IMG/VR virus record: IMGVR_UViG_3300030376_005255
Coordinates: 1-33,162 of that record
Direction: 5' to 3' (one strand)
From: a virus
Lineage: Duplodnaviria > Caudoviricetes
DNA: 33,162 nt
Shown in pieces: positions 8,898 to 20,200 of this stretch (within the stretch, counting starts at the first letter, position 1; every line of letters starts with the position of its first letter). The position numbers were made by a program, and so were the translations under genes. Under the pieces are notes generated by a model. That model did not search any database. It was not told the origin of the DNA and saw only the letters and a list, made by a program, of their open reading frames with translations.

Positions 8898-10168
8898 GCT
8901 TTCACCACCTTACAATACTCAGATACATTGTCTAGATATTGGTCTCTGACACTATCACCAGTATCTGCGCTATTCACACTTCCATTTGCTTGATAATATT
9001 CATATCCAATAAATGTTTTAAACTGCGTACCACCTGTAGTTGGATGTATCATACCTCTAACTAAATCTTCAGTAAATGCTGTAGGAGAACCTAGTAACCA
9101 TTTATTACCATCTGTATCTACTGCACCAGCTTTTATGTATCCAGTTGCTGTAGCTGCATCTTGTGGTGGGTCTTCACTAACACTAAAATTAAGTCTTGAT
9201 GTTTTAGGAGATTGATTAAATATTATTGAAGCATGATGAGCTCCACGTCTTAAAGAAATATCCATAGTTAACCTATCCTGACCACTAGCTTGATAATTAG
9301 ATGTGCATCTTATAATTCCAAGCTCTGATGTATTCCTCATTATCTGTATTGTTTTCCATCCTCTATATTCTGTTGCAAGTTGATTACTGCCTGATGGAGT
9401 ACCACGACTTACGGCCCATTCTTGTTCTGAGCCATAACTAGTTGTATCCCACATACGTGTAGTAATTCTTGATTGTGCAGTTGAAGAACCAATTGTTATT
9501 TTTATTAATCCATTTTCAATAACAGTATTTGCAGGTGTGTTTGGAGAATTCAAACCATTTCTTATTCTTGAGTCAGTAGTTATTCTTACAGCTCCTTTAT
9601 AAAAATCTTCTGGATTTACATGGAACTGTGCATTCTTTCCTCTTAAATTATTATCACGTTTTATTCTCATTGTTACTGTATCAACACCAGATGTAGTAGT
9701 TAAATCTCCAGCAACTCTAGTGCCATCTGTAGGGTCACTCTCATGAAAATAGTTAAAATGATTTCCAGGTGGAGAATGAAATTGATTACTTGTAGATGTT
9801 ATTGAATGTGCATTATCAATAAGCTTTCCTGTCATAACAGATTCTTTTACAACTTCACCTACTTTTCCTAAGTATTCCATATCTATTGAGTAGTTAAAAC
9901 CTCCCATAGAGTATCTAGCTATATCTACTGAGCTGTCGGTTATATAAACAAAACCATCAAATGAAGAATCACCATCGTATCTAAATGGAACATACATTGC
10001 TGATTGTGCCATAGATACTAATTCATCTCTAATAAATTTAAGTGTTGCTAAATCTGTTTCAGCAATCTTTCCAGAAATTCTTAAATCTCTTGAACCTCCA
10101 CCACCAGAAAAATCTATAGACGCTGGTGAGGTAATATCTAATCTACCAATGTGTACTTGATTTGGCAT
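8894..10168 (-). CDS. Minor tail protein (distal-tail position), 424 aa
   Basis: Immediately downstream of the tape measure gene (TAATG overlap) and beta-rich. The function call is by synteny only. Confidence 0.65.
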   Translation of the reverse strand: MPNQVHIGRLDITSPASIDFSGGGGSRDLRISGKIAETDLATLKFIRDELVSMAQSAMYVPFRYDGDSSFDGFVYITDSSVDIARYSMGGFNYSIDMEYLGKVGEVVKESVMTGKLIDNAHSITSTSNQFHSPPGNHFNYFHESDPTDGTRVAGDLTTTSGVDTVTMRIKRDNNLRGKNAQFHVNPEDFYKGAVRITTDSRIRNGLNSPNTPANTVIENGLIKITIGSSTAQSRITTRMWDTTSYGSEQEWAVSRGTPSGSNQLATEYRGWKTIQIMRNTSELGIIRCTSNYQASGQDRLTMDISLRRGAHHASIIFNQSPKTSRLNFSVSEDPPQDAATATGYIKAGAVDTDGNKWLLGSPTAFTEDLVRGMIHPTTGGTQFKTFIGYEYYQANGSVNSADTGDSVRDQYLDNVSEYCKVVKA

Positions 10169-13100
10169 TAATTTCTCCTCAATCCAGTTCCTGCGGAACC
10201 TTCTTTATCTAATTTTCTTAAAGCTTTACTAATTTGTACTGCTGCTTTCCTAGCTGATATAGGGTCAGATGGAACACCAGTAACATTAACATTAAGATTA
10301 TTTACCACTGTACCAGATTTACCTGTACCTAGAGGTTTTACTAAAAATCCTGAACCTGGTACAAATCTTACTTCTTCAGGTCCATACTCACCTACAAGAG
10401 CTCTAGTCATTGGGTCTCCTCTTCCACCATATCTATAACTTGAAACTCTGCCTCCCATACCCATACCAGGTATAAAATTGCCATCAAATCTTGCAGCCAT
10501 CCTAGTGAGAAAATCCATAAAACTTCTAAATACATTTCCAAATGAAGACCCACCACCAGGTATATTTAGTTCATCTCCTGGTGAAAAGAAACCTACACCT
10601 CCTTTAGAAATTGGAAGGTCAGGGTTTTGTCCAGGTGTATCTAGAACATTAGACCCTTTCCCTTTACCCAATCTTGCATCCAAAATGGCTTGTTCTTCAT
10701 TTAGTTGTTCAATAAAGTTTATATCCAAAAGGCTAGCTTTTATTCTATTCATATGTTCTTCGATAGCAGGAGTTTGTGAAATTAGATTTGCTACAAGCTG
10801 GTCTGTTCCATTTATAATACCTTGGATTGAATCAGTAGTGTCTCCATATACATTATTTAAATTTCCTAATCTAGTTAAGTATTCACCATCGTTAGCAATA
10901 GTATCTTCTAGTTTTGCTGTAGAGTCTAACAATCTTAAATCAGCATTTACTTCATTTTCTTTTGCTCTAGTTACACCATCTATTGCCATTGTAAGATTTA
11001 AACTGGATAGTTCTAGTTCATCTCTAAGTTTTATATCTTCTTCTCTGAGGCTTATAAGTTGAGGGTCAGTCTCTAATGCATCTTCTTTAATTTTATTTAA
11101 ATCTTTTTCTGCTTGAGCTAATTCAAGTATTGCTAATTTTCTTTCATCATCAGATAAATCAGTACCTTTCATTCTTGCTAAATCTTCTTCTGCTGCTTGC
11201 AATTCTAAATTACTTATGACACCTTTATTTGCCATAGCTCTTAAGTCTTGAATATTTTCTTCTGCTTTTTGAATTGCTAGAAGTTCTTTTGCAGATTTGT
11301 TACCACCAGCATTTTTTAATTTATCTTCTAAGGATATTTTTTTACGAAGTATATTAATTTCTTCATTAAGAGTAATGTTGCCTTTAGCTCCTTCTATTTC
11401 TAACTTATTCAACTCTTTCTGATTTTTGATAATTCTTTCTGTTAACGTAGCATTGTTTCTTCTTTCCTGATTTAACTGTTGCTCAGCTTTAATTCTTGCA
11501 GCGGCTGCAGATGCCACTCCTCTTTGAGCAGTTCTAAAATCAGTTATTAAAGAAAAATCTTCCTGTGCTTGAGTTACTGCACTCTTAAGAGCTTCTACAA
11601 ATACTCTTTCTAAATTTTGCTGACCATCTTTAATACCCTCAATAACACCTTGTATAAGTGGATGACCTATAAGCTTTCTAGTTTTATCAGAAGGAGATTT
11701 TATATCATTATCTTCCATAACTTTTTCAATTGCTTGTTCTACAGATTCAGAGAATACCTCAGCTATCTCATCTTGTTTGTTAAATATTCCTACAATAAAT
11801 CCATCAGCTAAACCTTCACTTGCTTGTTCAAACTCAGATGCATTATCTTTAAGCATTTTTGAGGCAGCCTCTGCTAGCTCTGGACCAACTGACTCCATCA
11901 ATCTACTTTCTAGTCCAGCTGCTAAGCCAGGCATATTTACAAAATCTTGAGCAACTCTAAGAGCTGAAGGACCTATTTCTGATAATTGTTTTGCAACAAG
12001 AGGGCTCTGAAGTGCTATCTGACTTATAAGTTTATTAAATACATCAGTCATTTCTAAATTGTGTTCTAAGTTTTCTATAAATTTTTGTGCAGTCATACGT
12101 GCTGCTTCAGGCAATTTATCTAGTGTACTAATAGCTCTATTAATTGCACTTTCAAAATTATCATCAATAGTTTTTGCAATATCTCCAAAAGCTAATTCCA
12201 TTCCTTCTATAGATTCTTCTAAGCTATCTACAGTTCCGCCAGCTTCTTTTGCTTTTTCTCTTATAATATCCATTACCATTCCAGAAGCTTTTGCAAAGTT
12301 TTCTTGCTTAGTAGCATCTAGAGTTTGATTTTCTTGCATCAATCCTTGTGTTACTAATAGTTCCTGTTGTCTATTAAGAAATTGACCTTTGGCTTCAAGT
12401 AATTTACTAGATTGCTCAACCTCTTGTCCAGACACCATCTGTCCAAGATTTGCTCCTGTGGTCTGTTCAATAACCTCTGTGTATAAACCTAAAGTATTTA
12501 CTACATTTTTTAAATCACTATCTGGTATATTTAAACCTAGGTTTTGTAATATAGTATTTTTTTGACTCTTACTACGGACTTTATTTAAATCTTGCATTAA
12601 AGGAAGTAACTCACCAGCTTGTGAAATTCTTTCTATTTGTTTATCAACAGCTCTATCACCAGTACCTCCACTAATTAATTCTTCTAAAACACTGTCAACA
12701 GTTGGAAGCCCACCTGATTGAATGTCTGTGACTAATCCTGATAGTCCGCCAAAAATTTTTGATTCTAAATTAGTTGCATCTAAACCTGCATCCTCTGCAA
12801 ATTTTTCTATATCTTTTTCTAAACCTTTACCACCCTTTTGACCATATAGTAATGTCTGAAGAAGTCCACCAGCATCTCCTCTAGCTTGTGCTTCATTACG
12901 TGATATTGCCTTCTCTGTACTAGCAATCATTTCATCTATAGCATCAGTTACTTCTTTAGGAGCTCCTTCATTTTTCTTTAATTCTTTTAAATCAAGTAAC
13001 TCTTCAAGTGTTAATTTGTGAGATTCTAGTTCTAATATGCTTTCAGTAATTCCATCAAGCCCATTTGCAAACTCATCCATACTTCTTTTTCTTGCACCAA

Positions 13101-15051
13101 TTCTTTCAAATATAGAAAATATGCCACTTATAGCAGCTGTGGCTATAAGCATAATACCTATAGATTTAGCAAATCCTATAACGGCAGCTGTTGCAGTTCT
13201 TGCTGCAATAGAAAGACCAAGCATACCGCCTTTCATACGCTCTGTAAGAACAATAGTTCCCTTACCAGTCTTATTGAATTTCATGATTGCGTTATCCATA
13301 TTTCTCAAAAACATATCACTATCACTAAAAGCTTTATTAAGTTTAAGGAATCTAAAAGTTGCTATTTTTCCACCACCTGATAGTTGTTTTAAAGCTCTAA
13401 ATGCTTCTTTTGTTCCACCTTGAATTGTTCCAATACCTCTTTGAAATAAAGTAGTTGTTTGAGTAACAGTTCTTTGTGTTTCTTCAAAATGTTTACCTTG
13501 AACTTGAGTTGTTTGTGTACCAAACCTGCTTAAGAAACTACCAGGAGTAAAAGCTTTTTTACTTTTATCTCTTGCAAATGTGTCCCCAAGACTTTGTGAC
13601 AGACCACCAGTAAAGAACATACCTCCCATTCCTCTTTGATTTTTGAAAAGTAATCTTTCTTGTTCAGCATTTAAGCTAGAAACACCCATTGTTAATCTAG
13701 ATATAGCAGCTTCTGCCTCTAAAGTTCCTTGTGCCATTGTTTTAAAAGCTGCTCTTAATCCAAATATGCTTCCACCAATAACAGTAAACACTGTACCTAT
13801 TCTGCCAATACCTTTAACCCTCTTGTCGAAATCTGTTAAAAATGTTAAGAAATTTGCTAAGCCTTGAACAGCGTTATTAATTGATGGTAAAAATTGTTCA
13901 CCGAAAGATATAGCAGATTCATTTACAATATTTTTTAAAATCTTAACTTGTGATGCAACTGTTTCATATCTTCTTTCAGCTTCAGTAAGTAATGCATTAT
14001 TCTCTTTAAATTCTTGATTAGACATAGCAAGAGCTTCACTAAGTAGCCCACCACCATCTGCTCCTTCAGCTCTACTTAATGCCTGTATTGCTCTTCTAGT
14101 TCTAATTTGACCTAAACCAATTTCTTCTAGTATTGCAACAGCATCATCACCTCTGTCTTCTACTTCACCTAAGCCTTCTATAAATGAAGCTAATGCTTGT
14201 CCAGGGTCTATTTCAAATAACCCCTTAAATGCTTCTACAGTCATACCAGCAGTCTGTGCTACTAATTGTAATCTTTTACCACCAACACTAGTTAATCTAT
14301 CCACTACTTGAACTAATCTAATTATCGCAGTTGCACCTGCTTGAGCTGGCTGACCAACTGCTCTTAGAGCCGTAGCAAAAGCAACAGCATCTGTTGCAGC
14401 GTTATTAAAATCTGAAGCAATACCTGCAGTAGCAGTTGCTATTTGTGTTGCAGCGGTAACAATTTCTGATTCAGTAGTAGCAAAGTTGTTACCTAATTTT
14501 ACAATTACAGAAGCTAGATTATCTACTTCACTTGCTGCAAGACCTGTTATTTTTTGAAGCCTTGCTAATGACATTGCTGCATCTTCTGCAGACATATTTG
14601 TAGCAACTGTTAGTTTTTGAATTGTGTCTGTAAACTTAACGATGTCTGATGCAGCTATACCTAACTGTCCACCAACTGCTGCTATTTGAGTTAACTCATT
14701 AATACCTGCTGGTGAAAATTTTGCTAGAGACCTTAGTTGTAATGCTATGTTTGCAAAGGCTGCTTCAGCTTCTTTACCTTCTTGTTTGATGTCTAATGTT
14801 TTCTTAACGTTAGCAAATTGCTCTTCGAATCTTACAGCTGCCATACCACCTAAAGCAAAAGCACCAACCATTGCAGCACCAAATGGAGCTATAGATGTTC
14901 CTATTGCCTGAGAGAATGCACTACCTGCTTTACCTACACGATTAGACATTAGTTGCATGTTTCTACCAACCTCACGGGTTGCTTGATTCATTGCACCTTT
15001 ATCAAAGCCTGCTCTAAGCTTTATGTCTATGATTCCAGCAGTATTTGCCAT
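10168..15051 (-). CDS. Tail tape measure protein (TP901-like core), 1627 aa
   Basis: Long helical Ala/Gly-rich protein following the TAC genes. Motifs: FEEQFANVKKT..IAAVGGQLGI..LGNNFATTE core, IKSPS, and C-terminal GG..ALVGEYGPE. Confidence 0.95.
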   Translation of the reverse strand: MANTAGIIDIKLRAGFDKGAMNQATREVGRNMQLMSNRVGKAGSAFSQAIGTSIAPFGAAMVGAFALGGMAAVRFEEQFANVKKTLDIKQEGKEAEAAFANIALQLRSLAKFSPAGINELTQIAAVGGQLGIAASDIVKFTDTIQKLTVATNMSAEDAAMSLARLQKITGLAASEVDNLASVIVKLGNNFATTESEIVTAATQIATATAGIASDFNNAATDAVAFATALRAVGQPAQAGATAIIRLVQVVDRLTSVGGKRLQLVAQTAGMTVEAFKGLFEIDPGQALASFIEGLGEVEDRGDDAVAILEEIGLGQIRTRRAIQALSRAEGADGGGLLSEALAMSNQEFKENNALLTEAERRYETVASQVKILKNIVNESAISFGEQFLPSINNAVQGLANFLTFLTDFDKRVKGIGRIGTVFTVIGGSIFGLRAAFKTMAQGTLEAEAAISRLTMGVSSLNAEQERLLFKNQRGMGGMFFTGGLSQSLGDTFARDKSKKAFTPGSFLSRFGTQTTQVQGKHFEETQRTVTQTTTLFQRGIGTIQGGTKEAFRALKQLSGGGKIATFRFLKLNKAFSDSDMFLRNMDNAIMKFNKTGKGTIVLTERMKGGMLGLSIAARTATAAVIGFAKSIGIMLIATAAISGIFSIFERIGARKRSMDEFANGLDGITESILELESHKLTLEELLDLKELKKNEGAPKEVTDAIDEMIASTEKAISRNEAQARGDAGGLLQTLLYGQKGGKGLEKDIEKFAEDAGLDATNLESKIFGGLSGLVTDIQSGGLPTVDSVLEELISGGTGDRAVDKQIERISQAGELLPLMQDLNKVRSKSQKNTILQNLGLNIPDSDLKNVVNTLGLYTEVIEQTTGANLGQMVSGQEVEQSSKLLEAKGQFLNRQQELLVTQGLMQENQTLDATKQENFAKASGMVMDIIREKAKEAGGTVDSLEESIEGMELAFGDIAKTIDDNFESAINRAISTLDKLPEAARMTAQKFIENLEHNLEMTDVFNKLISQIALQSPLVAKQLSEIGPSALRVAQDFVNMPGLAAGLESRLMESVGPELAEAASKMLKDNASEFEQASEGLADGFIVGIFNKQDEIAEVFSESVEQAIEKVMEDNDIKSPSDKTRKLIGHPLIQGVIEGIKDGQQNLERVFVEALKSAVTQAQEDFSLITDFRTAQRGVASAAAARIKAEQQLNQERRNNATLTERIIKNQKELNKLEIEGAKGNITLNEEINILRKKISLEDKLKNAGGNKSAKELLAIQKAEENIQDLRAMANKGVISNLELQAAEEDLARMKGTDLSDDERKLAILELAQAEKDLNKIKEDALETDPQLISLREEDIKLRDELELSSLNLTMAIDGVTRAKENEVNADLRLLDSTAKLEDTIANDGEYLTRLGNLNNVYGDTTDSIQGIINGTDQLVANLISQTPAIEEHMNRIKASLLDINFIEQLNEEQAILDARLGKGKGSNVLDTPGQNPDLPISKGGVGFFSPGDELNIPGGGSSFGNVFRSFMDFLTRMAARFDGNFIPGMGMGGRVSSYRYGGRGDPMTRALVGEYGPEEVRFVPGSGFLVKPLGTGKSGTVVNNLNVNVTGVPSDPISARKAAVQISKALRKLDKEGSAGTGLRRN

Positions 15052-15052
15052 A

Positions 15053-15723
15053 TTATTTACTCTTCACGTTCTTTACAAATTCGTCTAAACTTATAGTATC
15101 ACGAGGTCTATTTCTTCCTCGTCTTCTATCAAGCTCTTTCTTCCACCAGCCTTTAGGTGGGTTTGCTTCACCTGTTTCATAATCTGGTGTATATTCTTCG
15201 CCATTAACAATGGCATTATATTGTGGTAAGTAAAAAGAAGATTTATCTACTGGTAAGTAAGATAATAAAGTCATAAATTTTCTCCAGCTTAGAGATAAAG
15301 GGTCATCAACTTTGTAGAATCTTTGAAAGTCAGATTCAACAGGACCCCATCTAAAAAAGATGTCTCTATAGGAGAAACTTATTTTGGGTTATCGTCCTCA
15401 CTATCTGCTGTCTCTAATTCTTCATTCTGACTAATGCCATACTTTTCGAGTAACCAATTAAGTAGTTCTTCGAGTTGCGGCCAAGTTGCACCTTTTGAAA
15501 TTAATTCATCAAGTGTATCTTCACCGAGTAATGATTCTAGCCATTCAGGTATTACAGATGTAGGAACTACACCTGATTCATCCATATACCTCATTTGTGT
15601 TAGAACTACTCTTGCAGGTATTTGTCCTGGTAGAGTATATTTTTTACCAATCATGGTAAATTCTAATTCTTTATTTTCAGACTCTGATATACCTTTATCA
15701 AAATCCATATAATTGTCAGCCAC
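15053..15723 (-). CDS. Tail assembly chaperone, long -1 frameshifted form (gpGT analogue, ~223 aa)
   Basis: The -1 frame from CCCAAAA reads ISFSYRDIFFRWGPVESDFQRFYKVDDPLSLSWRKFMTLLSYLP..., continuous with track ORF 15053..15274. It resembles the actinophage gpT pattern W..E.DF.R.Y....LSWR.F..L...LP. Confidence 0.85.
15379..15723 (-). CDS. Tail assembly chaperone, short form (gpG analogue, 114 aa)
   Basis: Lies between the major tail and tape measure genes. GTG start with AGGAGG SD. Ends AAC CCA AAA TAA. Confidence 0.88.
   Translation of the reverse strand: MADNYMDFDKGISESENKELEFTMIGKKYTLPGQIPARVVLTQMRYMDESGVVPTSVIPEWLESLLGEDTLDELISKGATWPQLEELLNWLLEKYGISQNEELETADSEDDNPK
15382..15388 (-). other. 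Programmed -1 ribosomal frameshift slippery heptamer C CCA AAA
   Basis: XXXYYYZ heptamer in the correct phase directly before the gpG stop, with the -1 frame open to 15053. Confidence 0.85.
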
Positions 15724-15751
15724 ACTGACCTCCTAGTTTATCCATTAATTT

Positions 15752-16402
15752 TTAGTTAATATCGAATACTTCTGTATCATTCTTATTATCAACAATTCTG
15801 AACAAGTCAGTATGTTGTGATACACCTTTTGGTTTAAGTACTTTAAACTCAGTCGCGATAACAACTTTTTGAGGTGCTTTTTGATGAGCCATTGAGAAAG
15901 CTCCAACGTTAATTGCACGTGGAATTTCAACATGTCTATCTGCACCAGCAGGTCCGTCAACTTTTAATAATAATGATTTCTCATCAAAGTCATCAGTTGA
16001 TGGTGGTATTAAAGAAGCATAGTCAGATGCATAGTTAGCAGTATCACTTGATGTGAAAGTACCGCCACCTAAAGCTATCTGTAAATTAGTCATACCAGCT
16101 TGAGCAAGCTCACCTGTTAGTCTAACTTCTTGTGCTGTCTTAAATGTACCAATTGGGTCAACTTCTTCTGCGACCATGATATCTTCAAATGTTTTATCCA
16201 TTTCAAGAGTCCAACCGTCTTCAGAATACCCAACGTCAACCCAGCCTGCAGCAGGGCTAGCCCATGCTCCAGAGTTGTCTCCAGGGAAAGCAACATAGTC
16301 GCCTCCTCCTGCAGTGTTACCATCATTTGCAATGGCAGCTACATAAAGTACACCAGTTCCGACAATAACTTCAGATATAGTACCGTTTGTTGTATTAGGC
16401 AT
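15752..16402 (-). CDS. Major tail (tube) protein, 216 aa
   Basis: VIVGTGVLYVA...WVDVGYSEDGWTL pattern of siphoviral tube proteins, directly upstream of the TAC genes, with AGGAG SD. Confidence 0.88.
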   Translation of the reverse strand: MPNTTNGTISEVIVGTGVLYVAAIANDGNTAGGGDYVAFPGDNSGAWASPAAGWVDVGYSEDGWTLEMDKTFEDIMVAEEVDPIGTFKTAQEVRLTGELAQAGMTNLQIALGGGTFTSSDTANYASDYASLIPPSTDDFDEKSLLLKVDGPAGADRHVEIPRAINVGAFSMAHQKAPQKVVIATEFKVLKPKGVSQHTDLFRIVDNKNDTEVFDIN

Positions 16403-16418
16403 TATTTATCTCCTGTTA

Positions 16419-16727
16419 TTATTCTTCTTCTACTTCAGTATCTTGCAAGACACTGCCATTTTCAGCAGTCTCTTCTATGTCAGCTTCCCACGGAGCATCC
16501 TCAGCTTCATTGTCTTCCACTGGGGACTCTGAATCTTCTTCGATAAGTAAAGGATAACTTTTACCAGCTAAGGTCCAAGTTTTTTCCTTTAGTCTTTTCC
16601 AATCAGATTCTCCAATCTCAACCACATCATTCTGATTAAACAGTATGCCAGTTACAACATCTCTAGCTTGAGATTGCATAAACAAAGCATTCAGTTTAAC
16701 CTGAAACTTTTTTTCTTTTTTTGCCAT
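16419..16727 (-). CDS. Hypothetical protein with acidic C-terminus (102 aa)
   Basis: AAGGA SD. Fits the gap between the tail terminator and tube genes. Confidence 0.7.
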   Translation of the reverse strand: MAKKEKKFQVKLNALFMQSQARDVVTGILFNQNDVVEIGESDWKRLKEKTWTLAGKSYPLLIEEDSESPVEDNEAEDAPWEADIEETAENGSVLQDTEVEEE

Positions 16728-16738
16728 AAGTTCTTTCC

Positions 16739-17221
16739 TTATACCGCTCTATACGTCATAGCTAAAGCGATTGAATACCTACCAAGACCTGTAGAAACTT
16801 CTTCAACTCTTGTTGGGAATTGAACAATTTCAAATCCATATATCTTAGCTCTAGTATTACTATCACTTGTAGTTATATAAGTATTAGCATAGTTGAAAGC
16901 AGACTGAATCACGGCATTTGCTAAAGACATTGCTGTACTGTAATCAGCAAATGGTTTATCGTTTCCTGAACCACCCCATCTTCCTGCATAACATTCCATT
17001 GGAAGTAAAGCATTTTGTATATGAGCGTCACTTCTAGGATTTATTAAAGCACCACCTGCTCTAAATAATACTAAGAAAGGCAAGGAAGAACCACGAGGAA
17101 GTCTAGTAGCTACATTAGTTCCTACAATATCTGTTATTGCAGTTTGAGATAAAGCCCACTGACGAGCAATAATTTCTGCATCTGGTGGTACTAATTGACT
17201 TTGGTCTTTTGTATTTGCCAT
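16739..17221 (-). CDS. Tail terminator / tail completion protein (160 aa)
   Basis: PPDAE..V.TRLP..LPFLVLFRAGG pattern of actinophage tail terminators, plus synteny. Confidence 0.75.
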   Translation of the reverse strand: MANTKDQSQLVPPDAEIIARQWALSQTAITDIVGTNVATRLPRGSSLPFLVLFRAGGALINPRSDAHIQNALLPMECYAGRWGGSGNDKPFADYSTAMSLANAVIQSAFNYANTYITTSDSNTRAKIYGFEIVQFPTRVEEVSTGLGRYSIALAMTYRAV

Positions 17222-17227
17222 ATTTAA

Positions 17228-17233
17228 ATATTA
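17228..17233 (-). promoter_or_regulatory. Possible -10 box (TAATAT) for a leaderless transcript of the tail terminator gene
   Basis: TAnnnT 6 nt before ATG 17221 with no SD. The AT-rich context makes a chance match plausible. Confidence 0.3.
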
Positions 17234-17242
17234 CACAATGTT

Positions 17243-20200
17243 TTAGAAATCAGGGGGAGCAAGTCCTATATTGCTGTAAAAAGTATCTAAGTATTGTCTT
17301 ATTGATTGAACTGACCCATCTAATCCCATACCTCTTGAATTAGAATCTTGAGCTATAAATCTTATAAATGCTGATTTTATAAATGGACTAGCTTCACATT
17401 TTCTTATTATTTGTGATTTTATAATAGCTCTATCATTTGCTCGTTCAAGTCTGTTTATTTCTCTTTGACAATATTTCAACTGTGCAGCTGTTGAATAACC
17501 TCTTAAACCAAATTCTTTTTCTTCTCTTTCAATCAATTGGTCAAAGGCACTAGTAGTTGCTACTACTTGACCTACAGGTGCATCACCAGACCTTCCGCCA
17601 GGTGTTAATGTAGTACCAGGTATATCAACTCTTGCTCTTTTCTTTCCACTAACATCTGAAACTGTGTCTGTTATAGGATTCTCAATTCTATTTTCGATTC
17701 TTCCAAGTGCTAATTCTGACCTTCTTTTAGTAAGATGAATGGCTCTGTTTATATCCATAGTTCCATCTATCACTGCATTTAAATGCATAGTGTCACTAAA
17801 TATTTCTAATATATCATCTCTAGCTTTTTCATCGAAAAATACACCAAAAGTATTTCTAGCAGATGCTTCCGAATCTCTTATTATCTGTTCTCTAACATCT
17901 GGATTGTTTATTGTTTCTGTATGAAACTGATTACGTGTTCTTCTGACACCACGACTTCTTCTTTTTGATTTATGTATTACAGTATTTAATGATTCAAACT
18001 GTGCACCAGCAAACTCTACAATTAAGTTTATTTCACGAGGAGTCAAATTGTCTACACCACCTGGACCACCACCTGCAAACTTAGGATTTATTTTTCTAAT
18101 GTCTCTTAATAAATTATTAGTTAATCTATTAGCAAAATCAACAATTTCGCTATCCCCAAGTTCGTCACCTAAAATACTAAGTCTTTGTCTAAACTGTCTA
18201 TTAATTTTATCTGATACACTTTGGAATTGTAACTGTCTTCCTATCTTTGCTCTTATAACTTGTTTTTCAAATTTCGGGTCATCTGGTCCAGAAATATTAT
18301 TAGCTTCCATATCTCTTAATATTTCTACATCTTCCCTTACTCCTGGGTCTTCATAATTAAATCCAGAATCTAAAGAAGTAACATTTTTCTTACTTCTTGC
18401 ATTAATAATTTGTCCAGGTATAAATGGCTTGCCATCATCATTAAGAGGTAAATCTGCTTGGTCAAATTGCCTGCTTGTTATTTCATAAGTTATTTCTTTA
18501 GTCTTAGGGTCTTTATGTTCACGATAATTAAATCCTTGCGGAGGAGGTTCACTGTATTCAAAACCAACAACAAATTCATCTAAGAAATCGTCACTCGGCA
18601 TAACCTGACCAGTTCTACCCATTTCTTTCTGCATCCTGTGAATAGCTTTTTCTTGATTTAAAATACTGTCTTCATCTCTTATAACCTTTTCAAAAGCACG
18701 TCTATCATTTATGCTTCTACCTTCATTAGAAAAAGTACCAGGCCTTCTTCCTGTTTTGTCAGCCACACCCATTTGATTTAATATTCTACGACCACCAAAT
18801 ATTGCATCGTTTAAAGTATCTGAAGCTAAATCTAATGAACCAGTATCGAAAGCTGTACTTAATACTTTGTTCTTGCTAAGCATTAAATGACCATTTTCAA
18901 ATATAGGGTTATTAATATTCTTGGCAGATTTTTCGTAAAGCTCTTCAAGTATTTGTCTTTCTCTTTTACCTGTTGGACCACTTACACCTCTTGACTTTAC
19001 AAAGATATCACTTAATGAATTAGAAGCACTTACACCTGCCATACCTCCTGATACGTGACCTACCACATTTTTACCAGATGATACTTCAAGCCCAAAAGCT
19101 TTTGCTGCACCAAGAGCACTACGATACATAAACAAGCTTGGTGTATAGGTAAACATATCAGTTCGCTCAGTCAATTTACCCCTTTTATCTGTACCTGGGC
19201 CACCATACTCTATTTGATATGAATCTCTAATTGCATCATTTTTTGTTGATTGAGGTGTCTTACCACCAAAAGATACTACATACTCGACTGTAGCTTCCTT
19301 ACCCTTAGGACTTGTATTAGGTTTTTTTGAGTGTATAGCTGATTGTATCTGTCTTCTATTAGGCACAAAGTTATGTCTCGTTGGATTATCGGAAAAATTT
19401 TGAACAAGATGAGTATCTCTATTTATTGGAGTAGGGTTAGGCTTCTGTCTATCGGCTAATGCCTTTTTGTATCTAAGGGAACCAAGATTTTCTCCAGAAA
19501 CTTTTTTAACTGTTTGTTGAGTTCTTACTCTCTTTTCAGTAACAGTACCCCCAGTAAAAAATTTTTTAGAAGTATTAGGACCCTGTATAGGAACATCTTC
19601 AAAAATGTCACCACCAAACCTATCTGTACCAGTTTTTTCTTGCCTTTCTAAATTAGGCATTACAAATGATGTAGATGCATACTCACCCTCTTTTACTTGT
19701 ACGTTTCTTACAACATCTTGTTTAACTGTCTTTTCTACTGGAGGACCATAAATATTTAAATCTGCATTTCTATATCTACTTTTTTTTCTATAAGAACTAG
19801 TACCTGTGTAGTTAGCATCGTCACCATGTAGGTATCTCATTACGTCTACAGATTTACCTATTTGTAAAACCCCTTCTGGACCCATAACATCTAATTTTTC
19901 TTGTAATGACCTAGCAGTTGCTATGGCCATGTTTACATGATTCTGAACTGGACCAGTAAAATCTGGACCCATTTTATCAGCAAGTAACATTGTCTCTGCA
20001 ATAAACTCTTTTATCTTAGTAACTGTTTCTGCACCACCAGTTGGATTTCCAAAAGCATATTCTGCACCAATTCCTGATTCTCCAACTGCTAAATCAGCAA
20101 GAGATTTAGCTTCACTGTTTGTCATAGAAGGTGTATGGCTTCTTTCAAAGGTACCTTGATTACCAGTATTTGGTGCATATAAACTTTCTAAGATTCTTCC

